Source of the DNA: Octopus sinensis
Lineage: Eukaryota
Assembly: GCF_006345805.1 (NCBI RefSeq)
Contig: NC_043022.1
Span: forward strand, 620,001-684,000
Direction: 5' to 3'
Length of the DNA: 64,000 nucleotides
The position numbers and the translations under genes are program-made. This document shows, one piece after another, positions 39,201 through 52,301 of the stretch; positions within the stretch are counted from its first letter, which is position 1; each line of letters starts with the position of its first letter. The notes beneath the pieces are model-generated. The model was not told the origin of the DNA. It made no database searches and saw nothing but the letters and a program-made list of their open reading frames with translations.

Positions 39201-40713
39201 TGTGTATATATATGTGTATGCATATATGTGTGTGTGTGTATATATACATACATATGTGTATATGTATGTATGTGTGTATATATATATATATATACTTTCA
39301 CTTGTTTCAGCCATGCTGGAGCACTGCTTTGAGGAATATTTTTGTTGAATGAATTGACCTGAGTATTTTTTTTTAAGCGTGGTACTTATTCTGCTGGTCT
39401 CTTTTGCCAAACCACTAAGTTATGGGGATGTAAACACACCAATACTGATTGTCAAAAGGTGGTGGGAGACAAAAGAACAGACACACACATACACATCCAT
39501 ATATACACAATGGGCTTCTTTCAGTTTCCGTCTATCATACCACATAGTAATTCGATGCAAAGGAGTATCATGTAGGGTTCCATACAGCTGAAATTCAGAT
39601 CTAATTTATGAAATTATTTCTTGAGCAGTATATAAACGATAAAATGTCTGGAGGTATGAGAGGTGGATATATTTATTTAACTACTTGATATCCATAGGAT
39701 TACAGCTGTTTCACAGCCTCCATCAAGTAATATTAATTTCAGTGTATAATAAGTTATATTGATTACTGAATGTGTGGTGTTGGTGGTGTTGGTGGTTTCA
39801 ATAATGGCTGAAGCTTCTCAAAGCTCAGTGGCTCCACTTTTTCTAGTTGTTCAAATAATTTTGAACATCTGGAACATGCAAAAGAAGAAAATACCTTCAG
39901 CTTCATTAAAATATACACCTACCCTCCTTGTGCTAAATACAACCATTCGCCAACCCCACCCCCTCACACACACATCAGTTGTTACAGTTGTTTTGCAAAT
40001 GGTGGCTGCTGTTGTGGAAAACCCCCCTTGCCAAGTTGCTGCGGCAAAGTTCTAAGAAAGATTGAAAATTCTACAGCGAGTATGGAATATTCACTTGTGT
40101 GAATATATTTTGAATATTCCATTCCACACCCATCTAATTAATACACACACACACACACACATACCTATATACATGTTCACAAAAGATGTGTGTGTGTGTG
40201 TGTGTGTGTGTGCTTCCACTGTCTATGACTCAACTGCGGCAGTATTGTCCATCCGTTTTCTTTCTTGTAACAACCCCCGCTCCACTCTGCATCCCTGTCT
40301 CTCGCCCCCCACCTCCATCGCCCCCCACCCTTGTCTCACATCAACAGTTCTACCGTTTTTCTCTCCTCTCAAGCAATATGGAGCCTTCTTGTAAATTAGA
40401 TTAGGTGTTCCTTTTGAAATAAACGCTTGGTTATAGCACTGGTGTGTGTGTGTGTGTGTGCATACTTGCATATGTGTGTGTGTGCATACGTGTGTGTGCG
40501 TGTGTGTAGTGCATTTACAAATGTATGCTTAGCTGGTGGTGCATTTGTGTGTGGATAAAACTGAGTTCATGTGTGTGTGTGTTCACGTATGTGTGTTTGT
40601 GTGTATTCATGTATGTGTGTCTGTGAGTGTTCTTGTATGTGTATTTGTGTGTGTTCGTGTGTGTGTGGTGTGTGTCTATTCGTGTTTGTGTGTATATCTG
40701 TTCCCATATGCAT

Positions 40714-40830
40714 CTGATGGTTTAGCTGGCCGAAACTTCGAAGTCACTGTCAATACTCTTCTTGTTAAAAGAATAGTAAGCTTGTTTTGCTCCAAAAGTC
40801 TGCAGTAATCCATCAGATCAATGAACAATT
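40714..40830 (+). mobile_element. HHR repeat family K with a 3-nt deletion in the core
   Basis: CTGATG-GTTTAGCTGGCC-GAAAC-TTCGAA-GTC-ACTGTC; perfect palindrome ACTTCGAAGT at 40735-40744. Confidence 0.65.
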
Positions 40831-40914
40831 GTTTCCTTTCACATTGTTATATTTTAGGATGGGGATTTTTTTTTGTTTTTATTTTGTTGTCAAATAAACA
40901 CACACACACACACA

Positions 40915-41127
40915 CACTGTATAGTCATTCTTCACTTCAAATTTATTATTGTTCTTCTTTTACTGTCCTTTGTCTTAAATCTTTCGTCACACATCCTGTG
41001 CCCTCTTCAGCGACCATCTGTCCCACGTGTGTCTCCTCCTGTCCTGTTTGGTCCATTCTCTGTTTAAGGAAGGACAGTAAAATAAGAACAATAATAAAAA
41101 TCTGAAGTGAAGAATGAGTATATAGTG
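40915..41127 (-). mobile_element. Inverted-repeat element with a decayed HHR
   Basis: Arms 40915-40970 and 41070-41127; minus strand GTCG-CTGAAGA-gggCACAggatgTGTGac-GAAA-GATTTA-AGAC at 40972-41014. Confidence 0.65.
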
Positions 41128-41292
41128 AATGTGTCTTTTTCTTTTTTGACTTTTTTTCTTTTTGCAAAAAAAAAAAAGTAACCATCCCAAAATATAACAA
41201 TATCTGCTTCAAATAATGATTTCCTATCAGGAATCTTGCGAAACAAATTTGTAAATGTGTTTTCATTATAACTGAACATAAAAATAAGCACT

Positions 41293-41338
<46 letters not shown>

Positions 41339-41460
41339 CAGGGGGCGGCAGAAATACCTCCCATTTTTCTGATGTCCTGTACCCATATATGCATATGTAT
41401 ATACATATATATGTAGGCATGTACATATATGTATGTATATATGCATATATTTATATATTT

Positions 41461-41489
<29 letters not shown>

Positions 41490-41492
<3 letters not shown>

Positions 41493-41568
41493 ATAATCCC
41501 TCAGTTATCGCAGGTGTTATGTTCCAACCAGCCCCCCCCCCCCACAATAAGTGAAAATCCGCAAAGTA
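41490..41568. mobile_element. Tigger/pogo-like terminal fragment
   Basis: CAATAATCCCTCAGTTATCGCAGGTGTTATGTTCC..GAAAATCCGCAAAGTAG resembles Tigger-type ends. Confidence 0.5.
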
Positions 41569-42915
41569 GAAACAGAGCCATACTGTATATTTATGATTCT
41601 GTAAGCAATGCAGAGTAGCCACATATCTCCTCTCGATAGCAATACACCTTCGCCTGTCTCTCTCTATCATACTTTAGACTCTTAACACTTAACATAAAGC
41701 TACCTCCCCTTTCTACTATGACCCACTCAGTCGAGGGGTCTTTTCCTTGTGAGTTGAGTGTTGGTGACTTGTCAAAAGCATCCAGTGGACTCTGTAAAGT
41801 GGTTGGCATTAGGAATAGCTTCCAGCTGTGGAAACCATACTAAAACGGACAATGGAGTTAAATGCAGTCATCTGGGATTTTTGGATTCTGTTAAAGCATC
41901 CAACTCATGCCAGCATGGAAAACGAACATTAAATGAGGACAAAGGTTAAAATGTTTTATGACAGACCAACCACAGATCTGAACCCATTAAAATGGAAAAA
42001 AAAAGAAAAAAACCACAGGAAATAGTACAAATGGCTTTCAATTGTTCCTAGTTGTGTCTTTGTAAAAAATGATAGAAAGGGTCAGTAAAAGGGGTTCTGT
42101 GTTAGAAGTGGGGATGAGAGAAGCCACGGAAGAACTAGAAAAACATGTGCACGAGTGGGCACCCAGAGAAATATTTGCACCCAACAACCTTGGATTTAAG
42201 AGACTTTTGTATTGATGAGTTGTAATGGAGTGGTTGATATTGGTAACAATACAATTGACCCAATAAATGCTAATTCACCTGCCACTGAAATGGTCTCTCC
42301 TTCTCTCTCTCACACATGCACACAGAGAGGGAGGAAGCACTAGTGATCCAATAACCGCCAATCCACCTGCTGCTGCTGCTGAAACAGTCACATTTCAGTG
42401 TGGAAGAATCAGCTAAAAGCCATCTTACCTAACAGGAATCTGTCACTGTTAGATGCCTTATCTGATCGTTATTTTTTTTTTTGCTGTATTGATTACATTG
42501 CTGGAATACAGAGATGCTATGAAGTAACTGAAACTCTAGTAACTAACCAAATTAATATATACACCCACACACACACACACACACATATGTATATGTATGT
42601 ATATCATTTAATGTATACAGTATAAGCATACAAACTATTAATGGTTTCTTGCTTTGGAGATGCCGGTCTAGACAGGCTTCTATAACATGCTTTGTTCCTT
42701 CAAGCGATTCTCAGGCTCTCTGAGACACAAGACATGCTATAAAAATCTACCTAAACCCACATCTCCTCTGCATGAAACTGTTGGTAGCTCGTATTTTTAT
42801 ACTATGTACATTAAATCAATAAATGATATTTATCTTTCACTGGATAGAGAGCACTTCTTGTGGTGATCTTACCATAACAGAACTGTACACTGTATGTAGG
42901 TACGGTGTGTGTGCG

Positions 42916-42939
<24 letters not shown>

Positions 42940-42946
<7 letters not shown>

Positions 42947-43159
42947 TCAGTCATTTGACTGTGGCCATGCTGGAGTATGATGTTTAGTCAAACAAATCGA
43001 CCCCTGGATTTATTTTTTTGTAAGCCTATTATTTATTCTGTCAGTCTCTTTTGCCGAACTACTAAGTTATGGGGACGTGAACACACCAACATCAGTTGTC
43101 AAGTGATAGTGGGGGGGGGACAAACACATACACACAAATACATACATGTATGTATGTAT

Positions 43160-43225
<66 letters not shown>

Positions 43226-43370
43226 GCAGGCTTCTTTCAGTTTCCATCTACTAAATTCACTCACAAGGCTTTGGTCAGCCCAAGTCTATTGTAGAAGACA
43301 CTTGCCCAAGGTGTCATGCAGTGGGACTGAACCTGGAACCATGTGGTTGGGAAGCAAGCTTCTTACCACA
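42940..43370 (-). mobile_element. SINE family A
   Basis: Homologous to 10358-10762. Confidence 0.8.
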
Positions 43371-44702
43371 TGTTGGGGCAGAGATTTTATGACTTGATGC
43401 CCTTCCTGATGCCAACTTCACTTGTTTCCAAGTGGAATAACACACACACACACACACACACAAGGACTATATAACATAAGGGTGGTGAATTATGGGTTGT
43501 ATATGGAAGGTAGATGTTGAACGATGATGGTGATGATAATATATATATATATACATATCACCATCATCATTGTCATCATCATCATCCATTTTCCATGCTG
43601 GCATGGGTTGGACAGTTTGACAGGAACAGACAAGTCAGAAGATTTACATCAAGCTCTGCTCTCTGTTTTGGTATGGTTTCTACGGCTGGATGTCCTTCTT
43701 AACGCCAACCACTTTACAAGGTGAACTGGGGGCTTTTTACAAGTCACCAGCAATAAGAAGGACACCAAGTAACTTGCAGGACAAGACCCCTCGACTGGTA
43801 TGCATGGGTGACTGCTGGTCTTCCATAAACCAACCTTGCCCGGACTGGTATTCTGGAGGGGAAGTTCCTAAGTGCATTCCCATGGTTGTTCATGACCGGA
43901 CGGAGTTTTTACCCTTTGTATATGTAGGAGTGTTGTAGTTTGCCTGAAGCTTTGTAGTAAAGTAATAGTAGTAGTAGTAGTAGAAGTAGTAAAAGGAAGG
44001 AAGAGAGAAATAAGGAAAGCTTCTATCGATGTAGAAAGTTTTTTAAAAAAAACCTTTATATTTTGAATACAGAGGCCTGTCTTCAGCAGAATGAAGACAA
44101 AGAAATGTGTAATTACATAGATCCTGCCATTTTGGATGAGTGTGTGGATGTTTGTGCATACATATATGTGTATGTATATATTTATAGACAGACCTGTTGA
44201 GTAAAGCGGTCAGTAGGTATGTATATCATGTAACACCACCGGCACCGCCAGCAGCAGATGAAGTGGTTGTAGGTAGAGAGTGTGTAATCAGCTGTTGAAG
44301 GAGGTGGGGCGAGGGCGAGTTCTTCCTTGCAAACCAACTGACTAAACCTCGCCATCACTCACTGGGAAGAAGATGATACTTCCACTATGTACGTGCAGCA
44401 CTCGGCAACAAGAAAACGTGTAGGTGCATGCGTGTGTGTGTTTTAGGATGTATATTTTGTGTGTGTGTGTGTGTATTATCATCATCGTTTAACATTCACC
44501 TTACATGATGATATATATGTATACACACACAAACACACAATATACATACATATATATATATATTTTAATCCTTGTATGTGTGTACACATATAGAAATACG
44601 GAAACAATTATTAGCTAATGAACATGTATGTTTAACATGCATGGATGTGAGATAATATGTATGTAAATATATATATATTATATATATATATATCTATATA
44701 TA

Positions 44703-45347
44703 GTGACGTATTTTTGCCATTTCAATATGGCTAACCCCTAAGGGTGGATGCTACTGTAGTTTTTAGCCCCAGGAGGACACACTCCTCCAGCTGGCCATAG
44801 ACACACTATCTGTGTCCTGTCAGTATTTGCAAAGGGAAGTCATCCTTCCCGTCTTCAACTTATGATACACACGGACTCGAGTTTCGAGGTATTGACCTCT
44901 CGTCAGCGTGTGACAATCATAGTTGTCGCCGAGAATTAGATTTCCTTCACAAATACTTATACTTTTTCCAGCGTCCACTGTCGCTGATAATGAAAAAGTG
45001 AAATCAAACAATGATAAATATCAAAGTGAGTTATATACAGTAGCGGTAACACATTGTGACGTATTTTTGCCATTTCAATATGGCTAACCCCTAAGGGTGG
45101 ATGCTACTGTAGTTTTTAGCCCCAGGAGGACACACTCCTCCAGCTGGCCATAGACACACTATCTGTGTCCTGTCACTATCTGTCAGTCCTGTCAGATAGT
45201 GTATCTATGGCCAGCTGGAGGAGTGTGTCCTCCTGGGGCTAAAAACTACAGTAGCATCCACCTTAGGGGTTAGCCATATTGAAATGGCAAAAATACGTCA
45301 CGATGTGTTACCGCTACTGTATATAACTCACTTTGATATTTATCATT
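44703..45347 (-). mobile_element. Young retrozyme/PLE-pLTR-like insertion: 353-nt period with partial tandem and 5' inverted duplication, inside (TA)n
   Basis: Identical 120-bp direct repeats at 44703-44822 and 45056-45175; inverted arms 45010-45165 / 45193-45347 with 3 differences; intact HHR; TA tracts on both sides. Confidence 0.9.
44868..44912 (-). ncRNA. Intact canonical type I hammerhead ribozyme
   Basis: Minus strand CACACG-CTGACGA-GAGGT caat ACCTC-GAAA-CTCGAG-TC-CGTGTG; all core positions canonical; GUC cleavage between 44874 and 44873. Confidence 0.93.
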
Positions 45348-45348
45348 A

Positions 45349-45390
<42 letters not shown>

Positions 45391-45667
45391 CATACACACA
45401 CATACATACATACATGTACATCTGTATGTGTGTGAATACATATGTATGTGTATATGTGTGTATACATGCATGTTTGTGTTTATATGCATGTGCATATATA
45501 TGTATGTATACTAGCTGTTGAAGATGTATACCATGTATGTATGCTGCCTAATACATATGCAAATATATGCATATTTATATACATATATGTTGAGGTATGT
45601 ATAATTTTTATCTCTGTGCATAGAACACATTTGTATATATTTGCATAAGCTAATGTTATTTACATAT

Positions 45668-45867
45668 TCTTCTATTTGTTTGTCATTTGACTGCGGCCAT
45701 GCTGCAGCACTGCATTCTAGTCAAACAAATTGACCCTAGGACTTATTCTTTGTAGGTCTAGTACTTATTCTATCAGTCTCTTTTGCCGAACTTCTTAAGT
45801 TACGGGGACATAAACACACCAACATTGGTTGTCAAATGATGCTGGTAGGGGGTGGGGACAAACATAT

Positions 45868-45908
<41 letters not shown>

Positions 45909-46072
45909 TATATGCTCAAAGGGCTTCTTTCATTTTCCATCTTCTAAATTCACTCACAAGACTTGATCAGCTTGAGGTTATAGTAGAAGCCAGTTGCCTC
46001 AAAGTGCCACGCAGTGGGGCTGAACCCAGAACCATGTAGTTGGAAAGCAAACTTCTTACCACACAGCCACAC
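45668..46072 (-). mobile_element. SINE family A
   Basis: Homologous to 10358-10762. Confidence 0.85.
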
Positions 46073-46836
46073 TTATATGTGTGTATGTATATATATACAT
46101 ACATACATATATCCATAATTTATAGATAGATTATAAGGATAACAATTGTGTTCGATTAAAATGGACTGTAATTAGTTGTGTTTTTTACATTCTGAGTTCA
46201 AATCCTTCTGAGATTGACCTCCAGGGTCAATAAAAGAAGAACTAGTCATTTGTCAGGAGTGATTTCATCGCCATCTCTGTTCCCTTCCGCAGAACATGCA
46301 GCATCATGCTAATGATTGAAATTATTGATTAAGTTATTCGATTAGTTTGATCCATTTATAAAGCTGAGTAATCCACTGGGGGGTTGCTGATGGAGTCTGT
46401 CTGGCCATTGTGTTGTAAAGAGAGATATAACCACCCCTACCTAAACAACACCACCATCATCATCAGCAGCATTTAATGTCCATTTTTTTTTGCTTGCACG
46501 AGGCAGATTTTCTACAGACAGATGTCTTCTTTCTGTTGCCAAGCCTCGGCTGTTTCCAGACAAGGCAGTATTTCCACCCCCGCCTTTGCCAGACAGTTTT
46601 TTCATGGGATACTGGAAATGAACAACACTGCTTGTGTGACAGTGACTCTCATTTACAACTATTATGTGGTGTCATGGCAAGATGACACACACACACACAC
46701 ACGCATATATATATGTATATATATATCTGGAAGATAGTTATGTATTACTGCTCTAGTGTGCTTTTTTGGGGATATATGAACCACTGACTATAGCTCCTAC
46801 ACGCATTTTTTTCTCTCCTTGTTTTTTTTCCGTGTA

Positions 46837-46874
46837 TCTTTCTGTCGAAGAGCGTAGGCTCGAAACGTAAAAGA
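46837..46874 (+). ncRNA. Minimal type I hammerhead ribozyme, core variant (CUGUCGA)
   Basis: TCTTT/AAAGA; CTGTCGA(A); GAGC-gtag-GCTC; GAAACGTA; lies in repeat ~46745-46972 ending at (TA)n. Confidence 0.78.
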
Positions 46875-47035
46875 CTTGTTTTATTTCTATTCCTGAGCGC
46901 CATACTAATACATTTGTTTGTTTGTACTCCACCTGCCTTCGTCTTTTGTGTATTTTCGTAAACTTTCCCGTTATATATATATATATGTATGTATGTGTGT
47001 GTGTGTGTGTATATATATTTACATATGTATATAGT

Positions 47036-47380
47036 GAAGGTGCATGGCTCAATTGTTAGAGCGTCAGGCTCACAATTGTGAGGTAGTGAGTTTGATTCCC
47101 AGACTGAGCAATGTGTTGTGTTCCTGAGCAAGACACTTTATTTCACTTTGCTCCAGTTCACTCAGCTGTGGAAATGAGTCACAATGTCCCTGGTACCAAG
47201 CTGTATCGGTCCCTTTGCCTTTCTCTTGGATATCATTGGTTTACATGGAGAGGGGAGTCTGGTATGCATGGGCGACTTGCTGGTCTTCCATAAACAACCT
47301 TACCCAGATTTGTCCCTCTGAGGGGAACTTTCTAGGTGCAATCCCATAGTTATTCATGACCAAAGGGGTTCTTTATCCTT
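47036..47380 (+). mobile_element. SINE family B
   Basis: tRNA-like head GGTGCATGGCTCAATTGTTAGAGC..GAGTTTGATTCCC. Confidence 0.85.
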
Positions 47381-47465
47381 TGTACAACATATAATGGAGG
47401 AGGAGGCCCTCTAACAACAGTGAATAGCTTAGAAATGTATGTTGATATAGACCCTGCTATTTTAA

Positions 47466-47507
<42 letters not shown>

Positions 47508-48019
47508 CAAATTGAGATAGGGGTTGTAAATGCAACCCTCCATGGGATAACATATATCCAATATACTGCTAGTGAAGTACCCAACAAAGTTAATACATAA
47601 ATGTTAATGATTGCGATGTAATCAATTCATTTACTGTATTATATAGGCAAAGGTAAAATGATTTACCACAAATTACTAATACAAGATAAGAAAATGGAGA
47701 AATACATCTAAATCCATTTTCTTATCTTGTGTGTATATATATATATATATATAATCTCACAGACTTTTTAGGATGACACTGGAGTGTTTGTTTCTGCGGT
47801 TGGCCCTCATGGAGATTATTACTCGTGTGCATTCGTATGTGGGTGGGTGTGTTATAGTATCACCAATACGTTTTATTGATGATGCTCTTTGATTTGGAAT
47901 TAATCTATACTAGGTGTGTGTGTGTGTTCGGGGTTAGGGACCCTCGCAGTAATGCATGTGTATATATAATCTATATATGGCTATTGTTTCAGGCTTTTGT
48001 CTGCTTTAGTGCGTAATAT

Positions 48020-48030
48020 ATTATTTATAT

Positions 48031-48068
<38 letters not shown>

Positions 48069-48091
48069 GTGATATATGTATATATATATAT

Positions 48092-48175
<84 letters not shown>

Positions 48176-48192
48176 TGTATATATTATATATG

Positions 48193-48246
<54 letters not shown>

Positions 48247-48268
48247 ATATGTATATATATATATGTAA

Positions 48269-48307
<39 letters not shown>

Positions 48308-48707
48308 GTATATATATGTATATATATATATATATATATTATATGTATATATATATGTATATATATATGTATATATATATGTATATATATATATATATTA
48401 TATATATATATGCTATATATATGTATATATATATGTATATATATGTATATATATGTATTATATATATGTTATATATATGTATATGTATGTAATATGTATA
48501 TATATATGTATATATATATGTATATATATATGTATATATGTATATATATATGTATATATATATGTATATATATATATGGTATTATATATAGTATAATATA
48601 TAATATATATTATATATGTATATATATATATGTATATATTATATGTATATATATATGTATATTATATAGTATATATATATGTATATATATATATGTATAT
48701 ATATATG

Positions 48708-48738
<31 letters not shown>

Positions 48739-48739
48739 G

Positions 48740-48775
<36 letters not shown>

Positions 48776-48862
48776 GTATATTATTAGTATATATATATGT
48801 ATATATATATGTATATATATAATATATGTATATATATATATATGTATTATATATATTATATG

Positions 48863-48914
<52 letters not shown>

Positions 48915-49073
48915 TATGTATGTATGTATGTATATATATATATGTATGTATGTATATATATATGTATGTATGTATATATATATATGTATGTATGTATGTA
49001 TATATATATATGTATGTATGTATGTAATATATATATATATGTATGTATGTATATATATATATATTGTAGTATG

Positions 49074-49160
<87 letters not shown>

Positions 49161-49182
49161 ATATATATATATATGATGTATG

Positions 49183-49214
<32 letters not shown>

Positions 49215-49240
49215 GTATGTAATATATATATATATGTATG

Positions 49241-49278
<38 letters not shown>

Positions 49279-49630
49279 GTATGTATGTATTTATATATAT
49301 ATATATGTATTGTATGTATATATATATATATATATATAGATGTATGTATGATATATATATATATATGTATGTATGTATATATATATATATGTATGGTATA
49401 TATATATATTGATGGATATATATATAATATGTAGTATATATATTAATATATGTATGTATGATATTATATATATATATGTATGTATGTATATATATATATG
49501 TATGTATGTATATATATATATGTATGTATGTATATATATATATGTATGTATGTATATATATATATGTATGTATGTATGTATATATATAGTGTAGTATGTA
49601 TGTTTATATAATATGATTATGTTATGTATG

Positions 49631-49661
<31 letters not shown>

Positions 49662-49880
49662 ATATATATATATATGTATGTATGTATATATATATATATT
49701 ATATATATATATGTAATGTATATATATATCTATATGTATGTATATATATATATATATGTATGTATTATATATATATATGTATGTATGTATATATTATATA
49801 TATGTATGTATATATATATATATATGTATGTAGTATATATATATATATATGTATGTATATAATATATATATATATGTATG

Positions 49881-49917
<37 letters not shown>

Positions 49918-49919
49918 AG

Positions 49920-49989
<70 letters not shown>

Positions 49990-50109
49990 ATATTATATAT
50001 ATGTATGTATATATATATATATATGTATGTATTATATAGTATATATATGTATGTATATATATATATATATATGTATGTTGTATATATATATATATATATA
50101 TGTATGTTG

Positions 50110-50151
<42 letters not shown>

Positions 50152-50305
50152 TATATATATATATATATATATGTATGTATATATATATATATATATGTAT
50201 GTATATATATAATATATAAATGTATGTAGTATATATATATATAGTATGTATGTAATATATATATGTATGTTATGTATGTATATATATATATATATATGTT
50301 GTATG

Positions 50306-50336
<31 letters not shown>

Positions 50337-50356
50337 ATATATTATATGTATGTATG

Positions 50357-50389
<33 letters not shown>

Positions 50390-50640
50390 GTATGTATATA
50401 TATATATGCATAATTTTTATAGACATTCATATACATATTTCTCTTTCTCCCTCTCCATACATACATACATACATACATACATACATACATACATACATAC
50501 ATACATACATACATACATACATACATACATACATACACACACACAACACACACATACATACATACACGAGTACATTTGTATGTATGTAAAATATATATAG
50601 AGAGAGAGTAAAGAGTATATATATATATATATATATATGC
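48020..50640. repeat. ~2.6-kb (TA)n/(TATG)n/(CATA)n microsatellite block
   Basis: Direct reading. Confidence 0.97.
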
Positions 50641-51031
50641 CTTTGGTGCAAATGGTTTTTTACAGAAGTACATCTGTATGTATGTATATGTGTGTGTTTA
50701 GTGGTTAGTACTCCTGGCTTTCACCCAGGTGGCCTGGGTTCAGCATGGGAACAGTATTATTGTTTTGTTCCTATAACTTAGCAGTTCGACAAAAGAAATT
50801 GATAGAATAAGTACTAGGCTTACAAAGAATAATTCCTGGGGTCAATTTGTTCGACTAAAGGCAGTGCTCCAGCATGGCCCTAGTTAAATGACTGAAACAA
50901 ATAAAAAAAAATATGTGCATCTGTATGCATGTATGTATGTATGTATATATATATATATATATAATATATATATATATATAATATTTATATATATATATAT
51001 ATATATAATATATATATTATATATAATATAT

Positions 51032-51067
<36 letters not shown>

Positions 51068-51895
51068 ATGATATGTGTATATATATGTGTATGTACATCT
51101 GTATGTTTGTATGTGAAATATATGTGCATCTGTATGTATGTATATATGTGTGTAGATAGACAGTTTGATGGATAGATATGGATGCATATTTGTGTTTATA
51201 TACATGTGCATATATGTATGTGTGTGTACTTGTGTGCATGCTTGTCTGTATATATGCGTCTGTATGCATGCTTGTATGTGGCTGTATGCATGTGTGTGTG
51301 TGTATATATATATATACATGTGTGTATGAAAGAGGAAGTGAGTGAGGAAAGGGTACGGAAGTGAGTGAGGGAAAGGGTACGGAAGATGTTGACGAGTCTT
51401 ACTCATTTAAGAAATATTAGAGAAGATAGACAGAAACTGTTGAAGCAATATAAAAAAAATGAAAAGAAACAACCAATGATGTGCAACAGGATTGTAGTGA
51501 GGCATTTACAAATGTATATATATGTGTGTATATATATATACTCCTTTCTCATAATGTACACTCACTCACATCTACCCCTGCACTCTCTCCCTGCCCCTTC
51601 TCTTGCACTCATCTACACATACCCTCTTTCCCTCACTTTCTCCCTCCCCCTCTCTCATACACACTCTGAGTCATTTTCAATTTATTGCCTCAACTCTAGC
51701 CTTGTGTTTCTGCTCCACCAGATTCTACATCATTTTATTACTCCACACACACACACACACATGCACACATACATACACAATTTTTCCAATCATCTTCTGT
51801 TCATCAGTTTCTTCATCCTTTCTCTCCTCCTTACACATTCTATGTGCAACTGTTGTTTGTATGTATGAGTAATGTCTGTATGTATATCATATATA

Positions 51896-51954
<59 letters not shown>

Positions 51955-52301
51955 CTGTATGCTTGTAGGTATGTATGTATGTATGTATGTGTATAAATAT
52001 ATTCATACAATAGTCACACAATACAAATATGTGAATGTATGCAAATACACTCATACACACTCACCCACAGGTATTTTCACACAGATACATTCATATTTGT
52101 ACATAAATGTTCCTTCCTCTCACCTCCTCCTCAACTTCCACCACACACTCTTTTGTTCCTCTACCAACTTCTCTTCCTCCTCCTCCTCTCTTTCATCTAC
52201 AATCTTCAGTGCAGTTTCTTCAGATCAATTGCATTACTCAGACGCACATGCACGGATGGATGTGCATATGTGATTGATATATATATATGTATATATATGT
52301 T

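Noticed and set aside
38847-39332. Hydrophobic 161-aa ORF resembling a membrane protein
   Set aside because: T/G-rich composition, runs into microsatellite and a SINE, no recognisable motif
45507-45530. ATACTAGCTG, Helitron-like end
   Set aside because: No matching hairpin or second end found
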